Below are positions 1 through 9,431 of a stretch of 64,000 bases of DNA, one piece after another (position 1 is the first letter of the stretch; each line of letters starts with the position of its first letter). Where the stretch lies: NCBI GenBank assembly GCA_014237405.1, contig JABZFO010000116.1, positions 936 to 64,935 on the forward strand, in the 5' to 3' direction. A program made the position numbers and the translations under genes. The notes below the pieces were generated by a model that had not been told where the DNA came from, did no database searches, and saw only the letters and a list, made by a program, of their open reading frames with translations. The stretch is from Desulfosarcina sp. GTDB taxonomy: Bacteria > Desulfobacterota > Desulfobacteria > Desulfobacterales > Desulfosarcinaceae.

Positions 1-1154
<1,154 letters not shown>

Positions 1155-1157
1155 TAG

Positions 1158-1297
1158 AGCCCATCCGGAAATGGCATCTTGCAGCCCAGCTCTGCGTTCT
1201 CGGGTTATCGAAATCCTCAACGTAGCGCCGCTACGCCTGCGGTTTCAATCACCCTGCGGCCTTGATCTGGACTACAATCTACCACTTCCGAATCGAC
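1158..1297 (-). repeat. Copy R1 of the ~140-bp rod-shaped palindromic intergenic element family (inverted orientation)
   Basis: The reverse complement aligns along its whole length with the copies at 6878, 10856, 13259 and 27669. Shared blocks include AGATCAAGGCCGCAG, TTGAAACCGCAGGCGTAGCNNCGCTACGT, GAGGATTTC, GAGAACGCAGAG and the terminal inverted repeats. It starts 4 nt after the ettA stop. Confidence 0.85.
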
Positions 1298-1498
1298 TCT
1301 ATGTATCGATTGAAAAAACGGGGCATAGGATGGTTCTTTACGACCTGGCCCTCCTTTTCATAAGGCATAAACCATGTCATTTCCGACTGTTGAAATTGCA
1401 CTGCCGGATTGGATGGACACGGTCCTTCCCAGCGCGGAACATACCTGTCCCAAGGCAGCCATCCGGCATTCAAACACACAGAAAACGGGTTGGCCCTC

Positions 1499-2833
1499 AT
1501 GGAAAAAATAAAGACACTGCGGAACCGGTTCGTCGGTCTTTTCACCCAAACCATCTGGCATACCCGCCGCGGTGAACGGCCGGCCATCCAGTGGCTGCTG
1601 ATCCGACTGGTGCGAACCGTGATTCTCTCCGTCCAGGGCTTTGCCCGGCATCACGGTACCCTGCGGGCGTCAGCGCTAACCTTTTACACGCTGCTCTCTC
1701 TGGTACCGGTGGCCGCCATGGCTTTCGGCATCGCCAAGGGGTTCGGATTTGAGCGGCGGCTCCAGCAGGAGTTGCTTGATCAGTTTGCCGCCCAGCAGGA
1801 GGTGGTTCAGCAAGTCATCGGATTTGCTCAGAACATGCTGGACAACACCAAAGGCGGCATGATAGCCGGCATCGGCGTCGTCGTCCTGTTCTGGGCGGTA
1901 ATCAAGGTGCTGGGCAACATCGAAAAATCCTTCAACCACATCTGGGGAGTTCGCTCACGCGCCTTTATCCGCAAATTGAGCGACTACCTCACCATCATGC
2001 TCATCTGCCCGGTGGTAGTGATCATGTCCGGCAGCGTCACCGTCTTCATCACCTCCCAGGTATCGGCCATCTCCGGCCGGTTCGAACTGCTGCAAATGGT
2101 AGGCCCCGCCATTTACGTAGGCCTCAAGCTGCTGCCCTACACCCTGATCTGGGTGTTGTTCACCCTTATTTATATAATCATGCCCAACACCCGGGTGCGC
2201 TTCGACGGTGCTCTGCTGGCCGGTGTAATCGCAGGCTCCGCCTACCAGGCAGTCCAGGCCGCCTACATTCATTTTCAGATTATCGTGGTCAAGTACAACG
2301 CCATCTATGGCAGCTTTGCCGCCCTTCCCCTGTTTTTGCTGTGGCTGCAGATCAGCTGGTTTATCGTTCTCATCGGCGCGGAGATTTCCCATGCTTACCA
2401 GAATTCGGACTATGTGGATGAAACGGCCGGCGGCCGAGAGATGAGCATCTCCCAAACCATGCTCCTGGCCCTGACGATCTGCCGCCATGTGGTACGATTG
2501 TTTCACCAGGAGCGGCCGGCTCAGACGACAACGCAGATTGCCGAAGAACTGGCCCTTTCACCGGCGCTTGTGGACAACCTGTCCGATCTTCTGGTAAAGG
2601 GAAATATCCTGGTGCGGATCGACAGCGATTCAACCCATGCAAATACCCTGCAGCCAGCCCGGGACATCGGCAGCCTGACGGTCAATACCGTGGTTGCCGC
2701 CCTGGAGGATGTGGGCAAAAATAGCCGGCCGCTGCCCCATCTGCCGGATGTGCAACCGCTGTCCGAAACCCTGACGGTATTCCGGTCGGAGCTGGATCGA
2801 TCTGCTGCCAACCGGTTGATCATGGATATCTGA
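1499..2833 (+). CDS. YihY/BrkB (virulence factor BrkB / 'RNase BN') family inner-membrane protein with C-terminal soluble extension
   Basis: Contains the hallmark N-terminal block LRASALTFYTLLSLVPVAAMAFGIAKGFG and multiple hydrophobic segments. ATG 1499 (MEKIKTLRNRF) is preferred over the TTG at 1409 listed in the ORF track. Confidence 0.8.
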   Translation: MEKIKTLRNRFVGLFTQTIWHTRRGERPAIQWLLIRLVRTVILSVQGFARHHGTLRASALTFYTLLSLVPVAAMAFGIAKGFGFERRLQQELLDQFAAQQEVVQQVIGFAQNMLDNTKGGMIAGIGVVVLFWAVIKVLGNIEKSFNHIWGVRSRAFIRKLSDYLTIMLICPVVVIMSGSVTVFITSQVSAISGRFELLQMVGPAIYVGLKLLPYTLIWVLFTLIYIIMPNTRVRFDGALLAGVIAGSAYQAVQAAYIHFQIIVVKYNAIYGSFAALPLFLLWLQISWFIVLIGAEISHAYQNSDYVDETAGGREMSISQTMLLALTICRHVVRLFHQERPAQTTTQIAEELALSPALVDNLSDLLVKGNILVRIDSDSTHANTLQPARDIGSLTVNTVVAALEDVGKNSRPLPHLPDVQPLSETLTVFRSELDRSAANRLIMDI

Positions 2834-2865
2834 AAAACGGCTGGACTCTTCGGAGGTCATCGACC

Positions 2866-3495
2866 ATGGAACAAATCAACGACATTACCAATATCATCGC
2901 CCTGACCATGGGTGTGGCCTGGGCTGCCGGCATCAACCTCTACGCGGCCATCGCCACCCTGGGCATTTTGAGCGTAACCGGCAACATGACCCTGCCGCCG
3001 GACCTGCAGGTGTTGGCCAATCCGCTGGTCATCGGCGCCGCCTGCCTGATGTTTGCCGTGGAGTTCATCGCGGACAAGATGCCCGGCGTGGACACCGGCT
3101 GGGACACGATTCACACCTTTATCCGGATTCCGGCAGGTGCGCTGCTAGCCGCCGGGGCCGTGGGCGATGTGAACCCCGCGGTGAGCCTTGCCGCTGCCCT
3201 TCTAGGCGGGACCCTGGCCGCCGGAACCCACGGCATGAAAGCCGGTTCCCGGCTCCTCATCAATACGTCGCCCGAGCCCTTCACCAACTGGACCGCCTCC
3301 ATCGTGGAGGACATCATGGTGATCGGCGGCATCTGGGCGGCAGTAAACCATCCATGGGTGTTTCTCGTCCTGCTAGTCATTTTCATCCTGCTGATGATCT
3401 GGCTGCTGCCCAAAGTCTGGCGGGGCATCAAAATGCTGGCCGCCAAGATCAAGGAGCTGTTCACCCCGCGGCAGGCGTCACCGCCGTTGAGTTGA
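2866..3495 (+). CDS. DUF4126 family membrane protein
   Basis: 209-aa hydrophobic protein with GVAWAAGINLYAAIATLGIL...AVEFIADKMPGVDTGWD, which I recall as typical of DUF4126. Confidence 0.65.
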   Translation: MEQINDITNIIALTMGVAWAAGINLYAAIATLGILSVTGNMTLPPDLQVLANPLVIGAACLMFAVEFIADKMPGVDTGWDTIHTFIRIPAGALLAAGAVGDVNPAVSLAAALLGGTLAAGTHGMKAGSRLLINTSPEPFTNWTASIVEDIMVIGGIWAAVNHPWVFLVLLVIFILLMIWLLPKVWRGIKMLAAKIKELFTPRQASPPLS

Positions 3496-3532
3496 ACGCG
3501 CAACCGATCTCGTATGATTTAGGACCTGTCGA

Positions 3533-4168
3533 ATGACATTGTTTATCACCCTTTTTGTGACATCGTTCATCGTGGCCCTTTCCGGCGCCATCATGCCCGG
3601 GCCGCTGCTGACCGTCACCATCAGCGAGAGCTCCCGACGGGGGCTGATGACCGGCCCGCTGCTCATCGCTGGCCATGCCATTCTGGAACTGGCACTGGTG
3701 CTTGCCCTGCTCATGGGCCTGGCCCCACTGCTGAAAATGAAACTGGTGTTTATCGTCATCGCCCTGGCCGGTTCAGCCGTGCTGCTGTGGATGGGCATCG
3801 TCATGCTCAAATCGTTGCCGGCCATGACCCTGATCACTAATGGCAACGGCGCCAGGGGAAAGAACCTGATCCTGTCCGGCATCCTCATGAGCCTGGTCAA
3901 CCCCTACTGGAGCATCTGGTGGGCCACCATCGGACTGGGCTACCTTATTCACAGCATGAACGCCGGCACCATGGGCGTGGTGGCCTTTTTCACCGGCCAC
4001 ATACTGGGTGACCTTTTCTGGTACGCGGCCGTTTCCACCGCCATCTGGAAAGGCCGTCGACTGCTCTCCGACCGGGGCTACCGCATTTTGATCGGTACCT
4101 GTGCCGTCTGTCTCATCGTCTTCTCCTTCCTGTTCGCCTGGTCCGGTGTGCAAAAACTAATCGCCTAA
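3533..4168 (+). CDS. LysE/RhtB family amino-acid exporter
   Basis: 211 aa with six hydrophobic segments and an N-terminus (FIVALSGAIMPGPLLTVTI) typical of the LysE family. Confidence 0.8.
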   Translation: MTLFITLFVTSFIVALSGAIMPGPLLTVTISESSRRGLMTGPLLIAGHAILELALVLALLMGLAPLLKMKLVFIVIALAGSAVLLWMGIVMLKSLPAMTLITNGNGARGKNLILSGILMSLVNPYWSIWWATIGLGYLIHSMNAGTMGVVAFFTGHILGDLFWYAAVSTAIWKGRRLLSDRGYRILIGTCAVCLIVFSFLFAWSGVQKLIA

Positions 4169-4178
4169 CCATGGACCG

Positions 4179-5270
4179 TCACCCCACCTTATACCGGGGA
4201 GAACGGCCGTTCGCATCGGACGCACTGAGGCTGGACAGCTGCTCGTGGGCGGAAACGATCAGCTGCTGGGTCGTCTCCCAGTCGATGCAGGCATCGGTAA
4301 TGGAGACCCCGTATTCCATGGTTTCCAAACTACCCGTGTTCTTCTGGTTGCCCGCCTTCAGGTTGCTCTCCAGCATCATGCCGAGGATGCTGTCGTTTCC
4401 GTCCAACCGCTGATTGATCACATCCTGCCATACCGATCCCTGAAGGGTATGGTTCTTCCTGGAATTGTCGTGAGAGCAATCCACCATGATCGCTTTGGAC
4501 AACCCTTTGGCCTCCAGCATGGCCCGCGCCTCGTTGATGCTGACCGAGTCGTAGTTGGGGCGTGACCCGCCACGCAGCACAATGTGAGCATATGGGTTGC
4601 CGGTGGTTTTGACGATGCAGGTCTGACCGTTCGGATCGATGCCTAAGAAATGCTGGGGAGAAGCGGCGGCGATCATGGCGTTGATGGCGGTGGACAGGTC
4701 CCCGTCGGTGCAGTTCTTGAAACCCACGGGCATGGAAAGGCCGCTGGCCATCTCACGGTGGGTCTGGGATTCGGTGGTTCGCGCACCGACCGCCGACCAG
4801 CAAATCAGTCCGGCGATGTACTGGGGAACGATGGGGTCCAGCATCTCCGTGGCAGTGGGTATACCCATTTCGGTGATTTTTACCAGCAGGCCGCGTGCCT
4901 TTTGAAGTCCGATGTTGATGTCGTAGGTGCCGTTGAGCCAGGGATCGTTGATCAATCCCTTCCAGCCCACATTGGTGCGGGGCTTTTCAAAATAGACCCG
5001 CATCACCAGCAGCATGGTACCCGAAACCTTTTCACTGAGCGATTTGAGTTGCCGGGCATAATCCAGGGCCGCCGCCTCATCGTGGATGGAGCAGGGACCG
5101 GTGATCACCAGCAACCGGGAATCCTTTCCGTCCAGGATACTTGAGATGGCCCGGCGCCCCTCCACTACGGTGCGGTGGGAGGTTTCATTCAACGGAAGCC
5201 GGCCTTTCAACTGGGACGGTGAAATGAGCGGGTCAAATTTTTCCACGCGAATGTCATAGGTCTTTTCCAT
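4179..5270 (-). CDS. aroG: 3-deoxy-7-phosphoheptulonate (DAHP) synthase, class I (AroF/G/H type; feedback specificity unknown)
   Basis: 363 aa, with RLLVITGPCSIHDEAAALDYARQLK, GLSMPVGFKNCTDG and MVDCSHDNS typical of class I-alpha DAHP synthases. An AAGGA Shine-Dalgarno sequence lies about 9 nt upstream. Confidence 0.9.
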   Translation of the reverse strand: MEKTYDIRVEKFDPLISPSQLKGRLPLNETSHRTVVEGRRAISSILDGKDSRLLVITGPCSIHDEAAALDYARQLKSLSEKVSGTMLLVMRVYFEKPRTNVGWKGLINDPWLNGTYDINIGLQKARGLLVKITEMGIPTATEMLDPIVPQYIAGLICWSAVGARTTESQTHREMASGLSMPVGFKNCTDGDLSTAINAMIAAASPQHFLGIDPNGQTCIVKTTGNPYAHIVLRGGSRPNYDSVSINEARAMLEAKGLSKAIMVDCSHDNSRKNHTLQGSVWQDVINQRLDGNDSILGMMLESNLKAGNQKNTGSLETMEYGVSITDACIDWETTQQLIVSAHEQLSSLSASDANGRSPRYKVG

Positions 5271-5317
5271 GCTGATTTTCCTTTCCGGTCGAAGATGGGT
5301 TTTCTTTTTTTAGAACC

Positions 5318-5356
5318 CACAAAACGAAAAAAGCCGCAGGCGGTTTCGCCTGCGGC
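5318..5356 (-). terminator. Rho-independent terminator / attenuator hairpin immediately upstream of the DAHP synthase gene
   Basis: The minus strand reads GCCGCAGGCG-AAAC-CGCCTGCGGC (10-bp GC-rich stem, 4-nt loop) followed by TTTTTTCGTTTT. It ends about 50 nt before the aroG-type start codon. Confidence 0.75.
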
Positions 5357-5383
5357 TCTTGCTCTTTCCTTGATATCACGGGT

Positions 5384-5455
5384 TCAGCAGACCACAGGCG
5401 CACCTCGGCTGAAATAAAAATAAAAACCGGAATAAGTGGTGAGGATTGCGGTCAT
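5384..5455 (-). CDS. Candidate 23-codon Phe/Tyr-rich leader peptide (MTAILTTYSGFYFYFSRGAPVVC) for attenuation control of DAHP synthase
   Basis: ATG at 5455 and TGA at 5386-5384. Codons 8-15 are Y-S-G-F-Y-F-Y-F. The 3' end of the ORF (CGCCTGTGG) is complementary to the 5' arm of the downstream terminator (CCGCAGGCG). The Shine-Dalgarno sequence is weak. Confidence 0.5.
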   Translation of the reverse strand: MTAILTTYSGFYFYFSRGAPVVC

Positions 5456-5648
5456 CTGCTTAATTTGCCTTTATCTTTCCGTTTCTCAGCCACCCACGTA
5501 GCACAGGGTTTTTTAAAATGCAAACCCTAAAAAAATTGTGGCCGTTCACAGGTTCAGGGTTAGGGACAAAAAGGCATTCTGTCTATTGGTGGGCGCAGCC
5601 CACCCTACGATGGCTTGAACTCAGAACCTTTGAACCCGTTAACACTTT

Positions 5649-6833
5649 TTAGTCGCACAGTTCGAAGAGCGCCGCGGCACCCATACCGCCGCCGATGCAC
5701 ATGGATTCCACACCGTATTTTACTCCTTTGCGCTGCATGTTGGCCAGCAGGGTGGCGCACAGCTTGGCACCGGTGCAGCCCAATGGATGGCCCAGAGCGA
5801 CGGCGCCGCCGTTGATGTTGATCTTGTCCATACTGTCAACGAGGCCCAGTTCGCGGATGCAGTAAAGCGCCTGTGACGCAAAGGCTTCGTTGATTTCCCA
5901 AAGGCCGATGTCGCTGGTTTTCATTCCGGCAAGGTCCAGCAGCTTGGGAATGGCATAGCGGGGCCCCACACCCATTTCGTCCGGCTCGCAGCCGACGGTG
6001 GTGTACATCTTCAGCTTGGCGATAGGTTTAAGGCCATATTTTTTCACTGCTTCACCGCTGGCGATGATGGTTGCCGCCGCACCGTCCGTAGTCTGAGACG
6101 AGTTGCCCGCGGTGACCGACCCGTTGACCGCAAAAACCGCTCGCAGTTTCGCCAGCCCCTCCTTGGTAGTGGTGGCCCGGACGCCGTCATCAAAGTCCTG
6201 GATAAAGGTTTCCTTCTTGTAGGTGCCGTTGTCCTGGAGCACATACCTGGCTGCCGGGGTAGGCACGATTTCGGTGAACAGGCCTTCCTTCTGGGCCTTG
6301 GCTGCCTTCATCTGGGAGTGGTAGGCAAATTCATCCTGATCTTCACGGGTCACGTTGTAGCGGTTGGCCACATTCTCAGCGGTGATGCCCATGGAGGCGT
6401 ACAGGTTTGCGTGGACCCGTGAATGTTCGGGATGAGGGCGGGGCAGGTTGCCGCCCATGGGCACGTAGGTCATGGACTCGAGGCCGCCACCCATGGTGAC
6501 CTCGGACCATCCGGCCATGACCCGCAGCGATGCCAGGGCAATGGCCTCCAGCCCCGAGGAGCAGAAGCGGTTGACGGTGGCACCGGACACCGTGACGGGA
6601 AAGCCGGCAATCTGGGTGGCCAGTCGGCCGATGTTCAGGCCCTGCTCGGCTTCGGGAAAGGAGCAGCCGATCATGACATCGTCGATCTCTTTGGGTTCGA
6701 TTTTGCCGGCTTTTTCAACTGCCGCCTTCATGATGAAGGAAAGCAGGTCTTCCGGCCGGGTATCTTTCAAGGCCCCTTTGCCCCTCCGGCAGCCGGGGGT
6801 CCTGACGGATGTAGCGATATATGCATCTCTCAT
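5649..6833 (-). CDS. Acetyl-CoA C-acyltransferase (thiolase, FadA/AtoB-like)
   Basis: 394 aa, with NRFCSSGLEAIA (active-site Cys), GNSSQTTDGAAA and a C-terminal CIGGGMGAA. A GGAGGA Shine-Dalgarno sequence precedes the ATG. Confidence 0.9.
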   Translation of the reverse strand: MRDAYIATSVRTPGCRRGKGALKDTRPEDLLSFIMKAAVEKAGKIEPKEIDDVMIGCSFPEAEQGLNIGRLATQIAGFPVTVSGATVNRFCSSGLEAIALASLRVMAGWSEVTMGGGLESMTYVPMGGNLPRPHPEHSRVHANLYASMGITAENVANRYNVTREDQDEFAYHSQMKAAKAQKEGLFTEIVPTPAARYVLQDNGTYKKETFIQDFDDGVRATTTKEGLAKLRAVFAVNGSVTAGNSSQTTDGAAATIIASGEAVKKYGLKPIAKLKMYTTVGCEPDEMGVGPRYAIPKLLDLAGMKTSDIGLWEINEAFASQALYCIRELGLVDSMDKININGGAVALGHPLGCTGAKLCATLLANMQRKGVKYGVESMCIGGGMGAAALFELCD

Positions 6834-6877
6834 GGAATTTTCCTCCTTAGAGTTTGAATTACAGTTAAACTAGGTCA

Positions 6878-7021
6878 GTGTCCGTCCAGAAATGGTAGGT
6901 TGGGGTTCAGATCAAGGCCGCAGGGTTATTGAAACCGCAGTCGTAGCAGCGCTACGTCGAGGATTTCAATAACCCGAGAACACAGAGCTGAACCACAAGA
7001 TGCCATTTCTGGATTGGCACT
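6878..7021 (+). repeat. Copy R2 (reference orientation) of the ~140-bp rod-shaped palindromic element family
   Basis: Reads GTGTCCGTCCAGAAATGG...CAGATCAAGGCCGCAGGGTTATTGAAACCGCAGTCGTAGCAGCGCTACGTCGAGGATTTCAATAACCCGAGAACACAGAGCTGAACC...CCATTTCTGGATTGGCAC. It fills most of the gap between the FadB-like stop (7023) and the thiolase start (6833). Confidence 0.9.
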
Positions 7022-7022
7022 A

Positions 7023-9431
7023 TTAGTTTCTCAGGGGCTTGCCGGTGGTCAGAATGTGCTCGACCCGGGCAACTGTCTTTTCCTGTTTCCAGAAATCGAC
7101 GAAAGCCTCTCTTTCCAGGTTGAGGATAATCTCTTCGTCAACGGCGCTGTTGGTTCGCACATCGCCACCGCTGATTACGTAAGCGATCCGTTTGGCCAGG
7201 AAGGCGTCGTACTCGCTGACAAATTTGGCCGCCTGCATATTGAACAGTTCGGCGTCGATCATACCCTGGGCTGCCACACCGAAGACCTTGATGGGTCGCT
7301 TGACCGGCGGTGCGTAGCCTTCGTCCACCATCTTGAGGACCTCTTTCTTGGCTTCACCGATGAGGTAGTCCCGGTTGAACACGATCCGGTCCTGGGGGCC
7401 AAGGAAGCCGTTGGCCCGGGCTTCGGCGGCGGACATGGAAACCTTGGCCATGGCAATGGCCATAAAAGTGGGGATGAAGAATTTGGCCAGATCCACGTCG
7501 GTGACCGGTTCGGGGATGGTGCTGGTCATCTTCTTCCACAGATTCAGGCATCCGCCACCGCCAGGCAGCAGGCCTACGCCGATCTCGACCAATCCCATAT
7601 AAAGTTCGCTGTGGGCGACGATCTTGTCCGCAGCGCCCAGGCACACTTCGCAGCCCCCGCCAAGGGTCATGCCGTAAGGAGCCGCCACCACCGGAAAACT
7701 GGCATAGCGAACCTTCTGCATACCGGTCTGGGCTTTTTTCAGAAAAGCGTCGATTTCGGCGTATTTGCCCTCCTTGGCCAGCCCGGCCATGAAGGCCAGG
7801 TCGCCGCCGGCGGAAAAGGCACCGGGCATGCCGCCCGCCTGGTTTCCGATCACCAGGCCGGCACCGTTCGCGTCCACATAGTCCAGCCCTTCGGCCATGA
7901 AGTCGACGATTTCGCCGTTGATGGCGTTCATCTTGGTGTGGAATTCCAGGCAGAAGACATCGTCGCCGATATCCACCAAGGAGGCGGATTTGCATGTTTT
8001 GACGGTTTTATTGTCGGCCTTGAGGCCAACCAGGGAGATGATGTTGTCGCTGATTTTCACCGGCTGGTAGCTGCCTGTGGAAAAATCGTAAAAATACGGT
8101 TTGCCGTTTTCCAGCTTGTAAAAACTGTCGTTGCCGGCGGCCAGCATGGATTTGACAGCTTCAGAAACCGTGAGGCCGTCAGCTTCCATTTTGGCGACGG
8201 ATTCCTTCACACCGATGGCATCCCAGGTTTCAAAGGGGCCCATCTCGAAGTTGAAGCCCCACTTCATCGCATTGTCGATCTCCACGACCGTGTCGGAGAT
8301 TTCCGAAATCCGGTTGGCCGCGTAGATCAGGTTGGAGGCAACGGCTTTCCAGGCGAATTTGGCCCCCTTGTCGCCGCCGTATACAACGGCTTTCATCTTT
8401 TCCGGCAGGGATTTGGCAGCCTTGGCGGCAGCCAGGCAGGGCAGTTCCACCTTGCCATATTCCGCATGCTCCAGGGTGGCCGGATCGATGACCTTGCGGA
8501 TTTTTTTCCACTCGGGGGTAAGGTCGGTCTTGTAGAAACCGACTTTGGCTTTTTTGCCCAGCATTTTGCCCTCGATCATTTTGCCCACGAAATCGGGCAT
8601 GACAAAATCGGCACGGGCCTCGTCGTCGGGCACCAGGTCGTAGGTGTTCTTGGCCACGTGGAAAAGGGTGTCCAAGCCCACCAGGTCGGCGGTCTTGAAC
8701 ATGGCGGTTTTCGGACGGCCCATGGCCGGTCCGAACAGGGCATCCACTTCGGGGATGGTCAGGCCGTCTTCCAGCATCAGCTGCATGGTTTTTACCATGC
8801 CCTGGACGCCGATGCGGTTGCCCACGAAGTTGGGTGTGTCCTTGGCCCAGACGATGCCCTTGCCCAGTACCCGCTCTCCATAGTCGGCCATGAACGCGAG
8901 CACCTCGGGAAGGGTCTCTTCGCCGGGAATGATCTCCAGCAGTTTCATATAGCGGACCGGGTTGAAAAAGTGGGTGCCGAGGAAATGCTGCTTCAATTCG
9001 GCGCTCAACCCCTCACTCATACTTTTCAGCGGAATGCCGGAGGTGTTTGAGGAGATGATGGAACCCGGCTTTCTCACCGGCTCGATGCGCTTGAGCAGGT
9101 CCTGTTTGATCTTCAAGTTCTCGACCACCACTTCCACGATCCAGTCACACTCCGCCAGCTTGTCAAAATCGTCCTCCAGATTGCCGATGCTGATCAGGTC
9201 GGCATCTTTGGGCTGCATGAGCAAAGCGGGCCGCGACATGAGGACCGTATCCATCCCAGTCTTGGCAATTCGGTTTCTGGCAACCGGATCGCTTTTTTCC
9301 TCTTCTTTAAGGTCAAACGGAACGATGTCCAGCAGCAGCGTCTTCACACCGGCACCGGCCAGAAGCGCGGCAATACCGCCGCCCATCACGCCGCTACCGA
9401 TAACCGCTGCCTTTCTGATTTTCCTGGTCAT
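7023..9431 (-). CDS. Bifunctional 3-hydroxyacyl-CoA dehydrogenase / enoyl-CoA hydratase (FadB/FadJ-like, HAD domain N-terminal)
   Basis: Rossmann motif AAVIGSGVMGGGIAALLA near the N-terminus and a C-terminal crotonase-fold region (GGGCEVCLGAD). ATG 9431 (MTRKIRK) is preceded by GGAGGG, so it is preferred over the upstream start at 9506. Confidence 0.85.
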   Translation of the reverse strand: MTRKIRKAAVIGSGVMGGGIAALLAGAGVKTLLLDIVPFDLKEEEKSDPVARNRIAKTGMDTVLMSRPALLMQPKDADLISIGNLEDDFDKLAECDWIVEVVVENLKIKQDLLKRIEPVRKPGSIISSNTSGIPLKSMSEGLSAELKQHFLGTHFFNPVRYMKLLEIIPGEETLPEVLAFMADYGERVLGKGIVWAKDTPNFVGNRIGVQGMVKTMQLMLEDGLTIPEVDALFGPAMGRPKTAMFKTADLVGLDTLFHVAKNTYDLVPDDEARADFVMPDFVGKMIEGKMLGKKAKVGFYKTDLTPEWKKIRKVIDPATLEHAEYGKVELPCLAAAKAAKSLPEKMKAVVYGGDKGAKFAWKAVASNLIYAANRISEISDTVVEIDNAMKWGFNFEMGPFETWDAIGVKESVAKMEADGLTVSEAVKSMLAAGNDSFYKLENGKPYFYDFSTGSYQPVKISDNIISLVGLKADNKTVKTCKSASLVDIGDDVFCLEFHTKMNAINGEIVDFMAEGLDYVDANGAGLVIGNQAGGMPGAFSAGGDLAFMAGLAKEGKYAEIDAFLKKAQTGMQKVRYASFPVVAAPYGMTLGGGCEVCLGAADKIVAHSELYMGLVEIGVGLLPGGGGCLNLWKKMTSTIPEPVTDVDLAKFFIPTFMAIAMAKVSMSAAEARANGFLGPQDRIVFNRDYLIGEAKKEVLKMVDEGYAPPVKRPIKVFGVAAQGMIDAELFNMQAAKFVSEYDAFLAKRIAYVISGGDVRTNSAVDEEIILNLEREAFVDFWKQEKTVARVEHILTTGKPLRN

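Noticed and set aside
1171-1575. ORFs that translate the palindromic repeats (MASCSPALRSRVIEILNVAPLRLRFQ... at 1171, and the C-terminus ...ASCSPSLCSRFIEILDVALLRLRFQ of the ORF at 10904-11143)
   Set aside because: The similar peptides simply reflect the repeated DNA. The frames are interrupted by stops at different places in different copies (for example TAA in the variable stem of R3), so the elements are non-coding.
5587-5607. Hairpin GGTGGGC-GCA-GCCCACC just downstream of the thiolase stop, as a possible terminator
   Set aside because: On the transcribed (minus) strand it is not followed by a U-tract (AATAGACAG...). It may stabilise the 3' end, but I cannot call it an intrinsic terminator.
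7014-9050. 678-aa ORF on the plus strand, opposite the FadB-like gene
   Set aside because: It is an antisense shadow ORF of a well-supported gene in GC-rich DNA. The translation is low-complexity (Gly/Val/His/Asp-rich) with no recognisable motifs.
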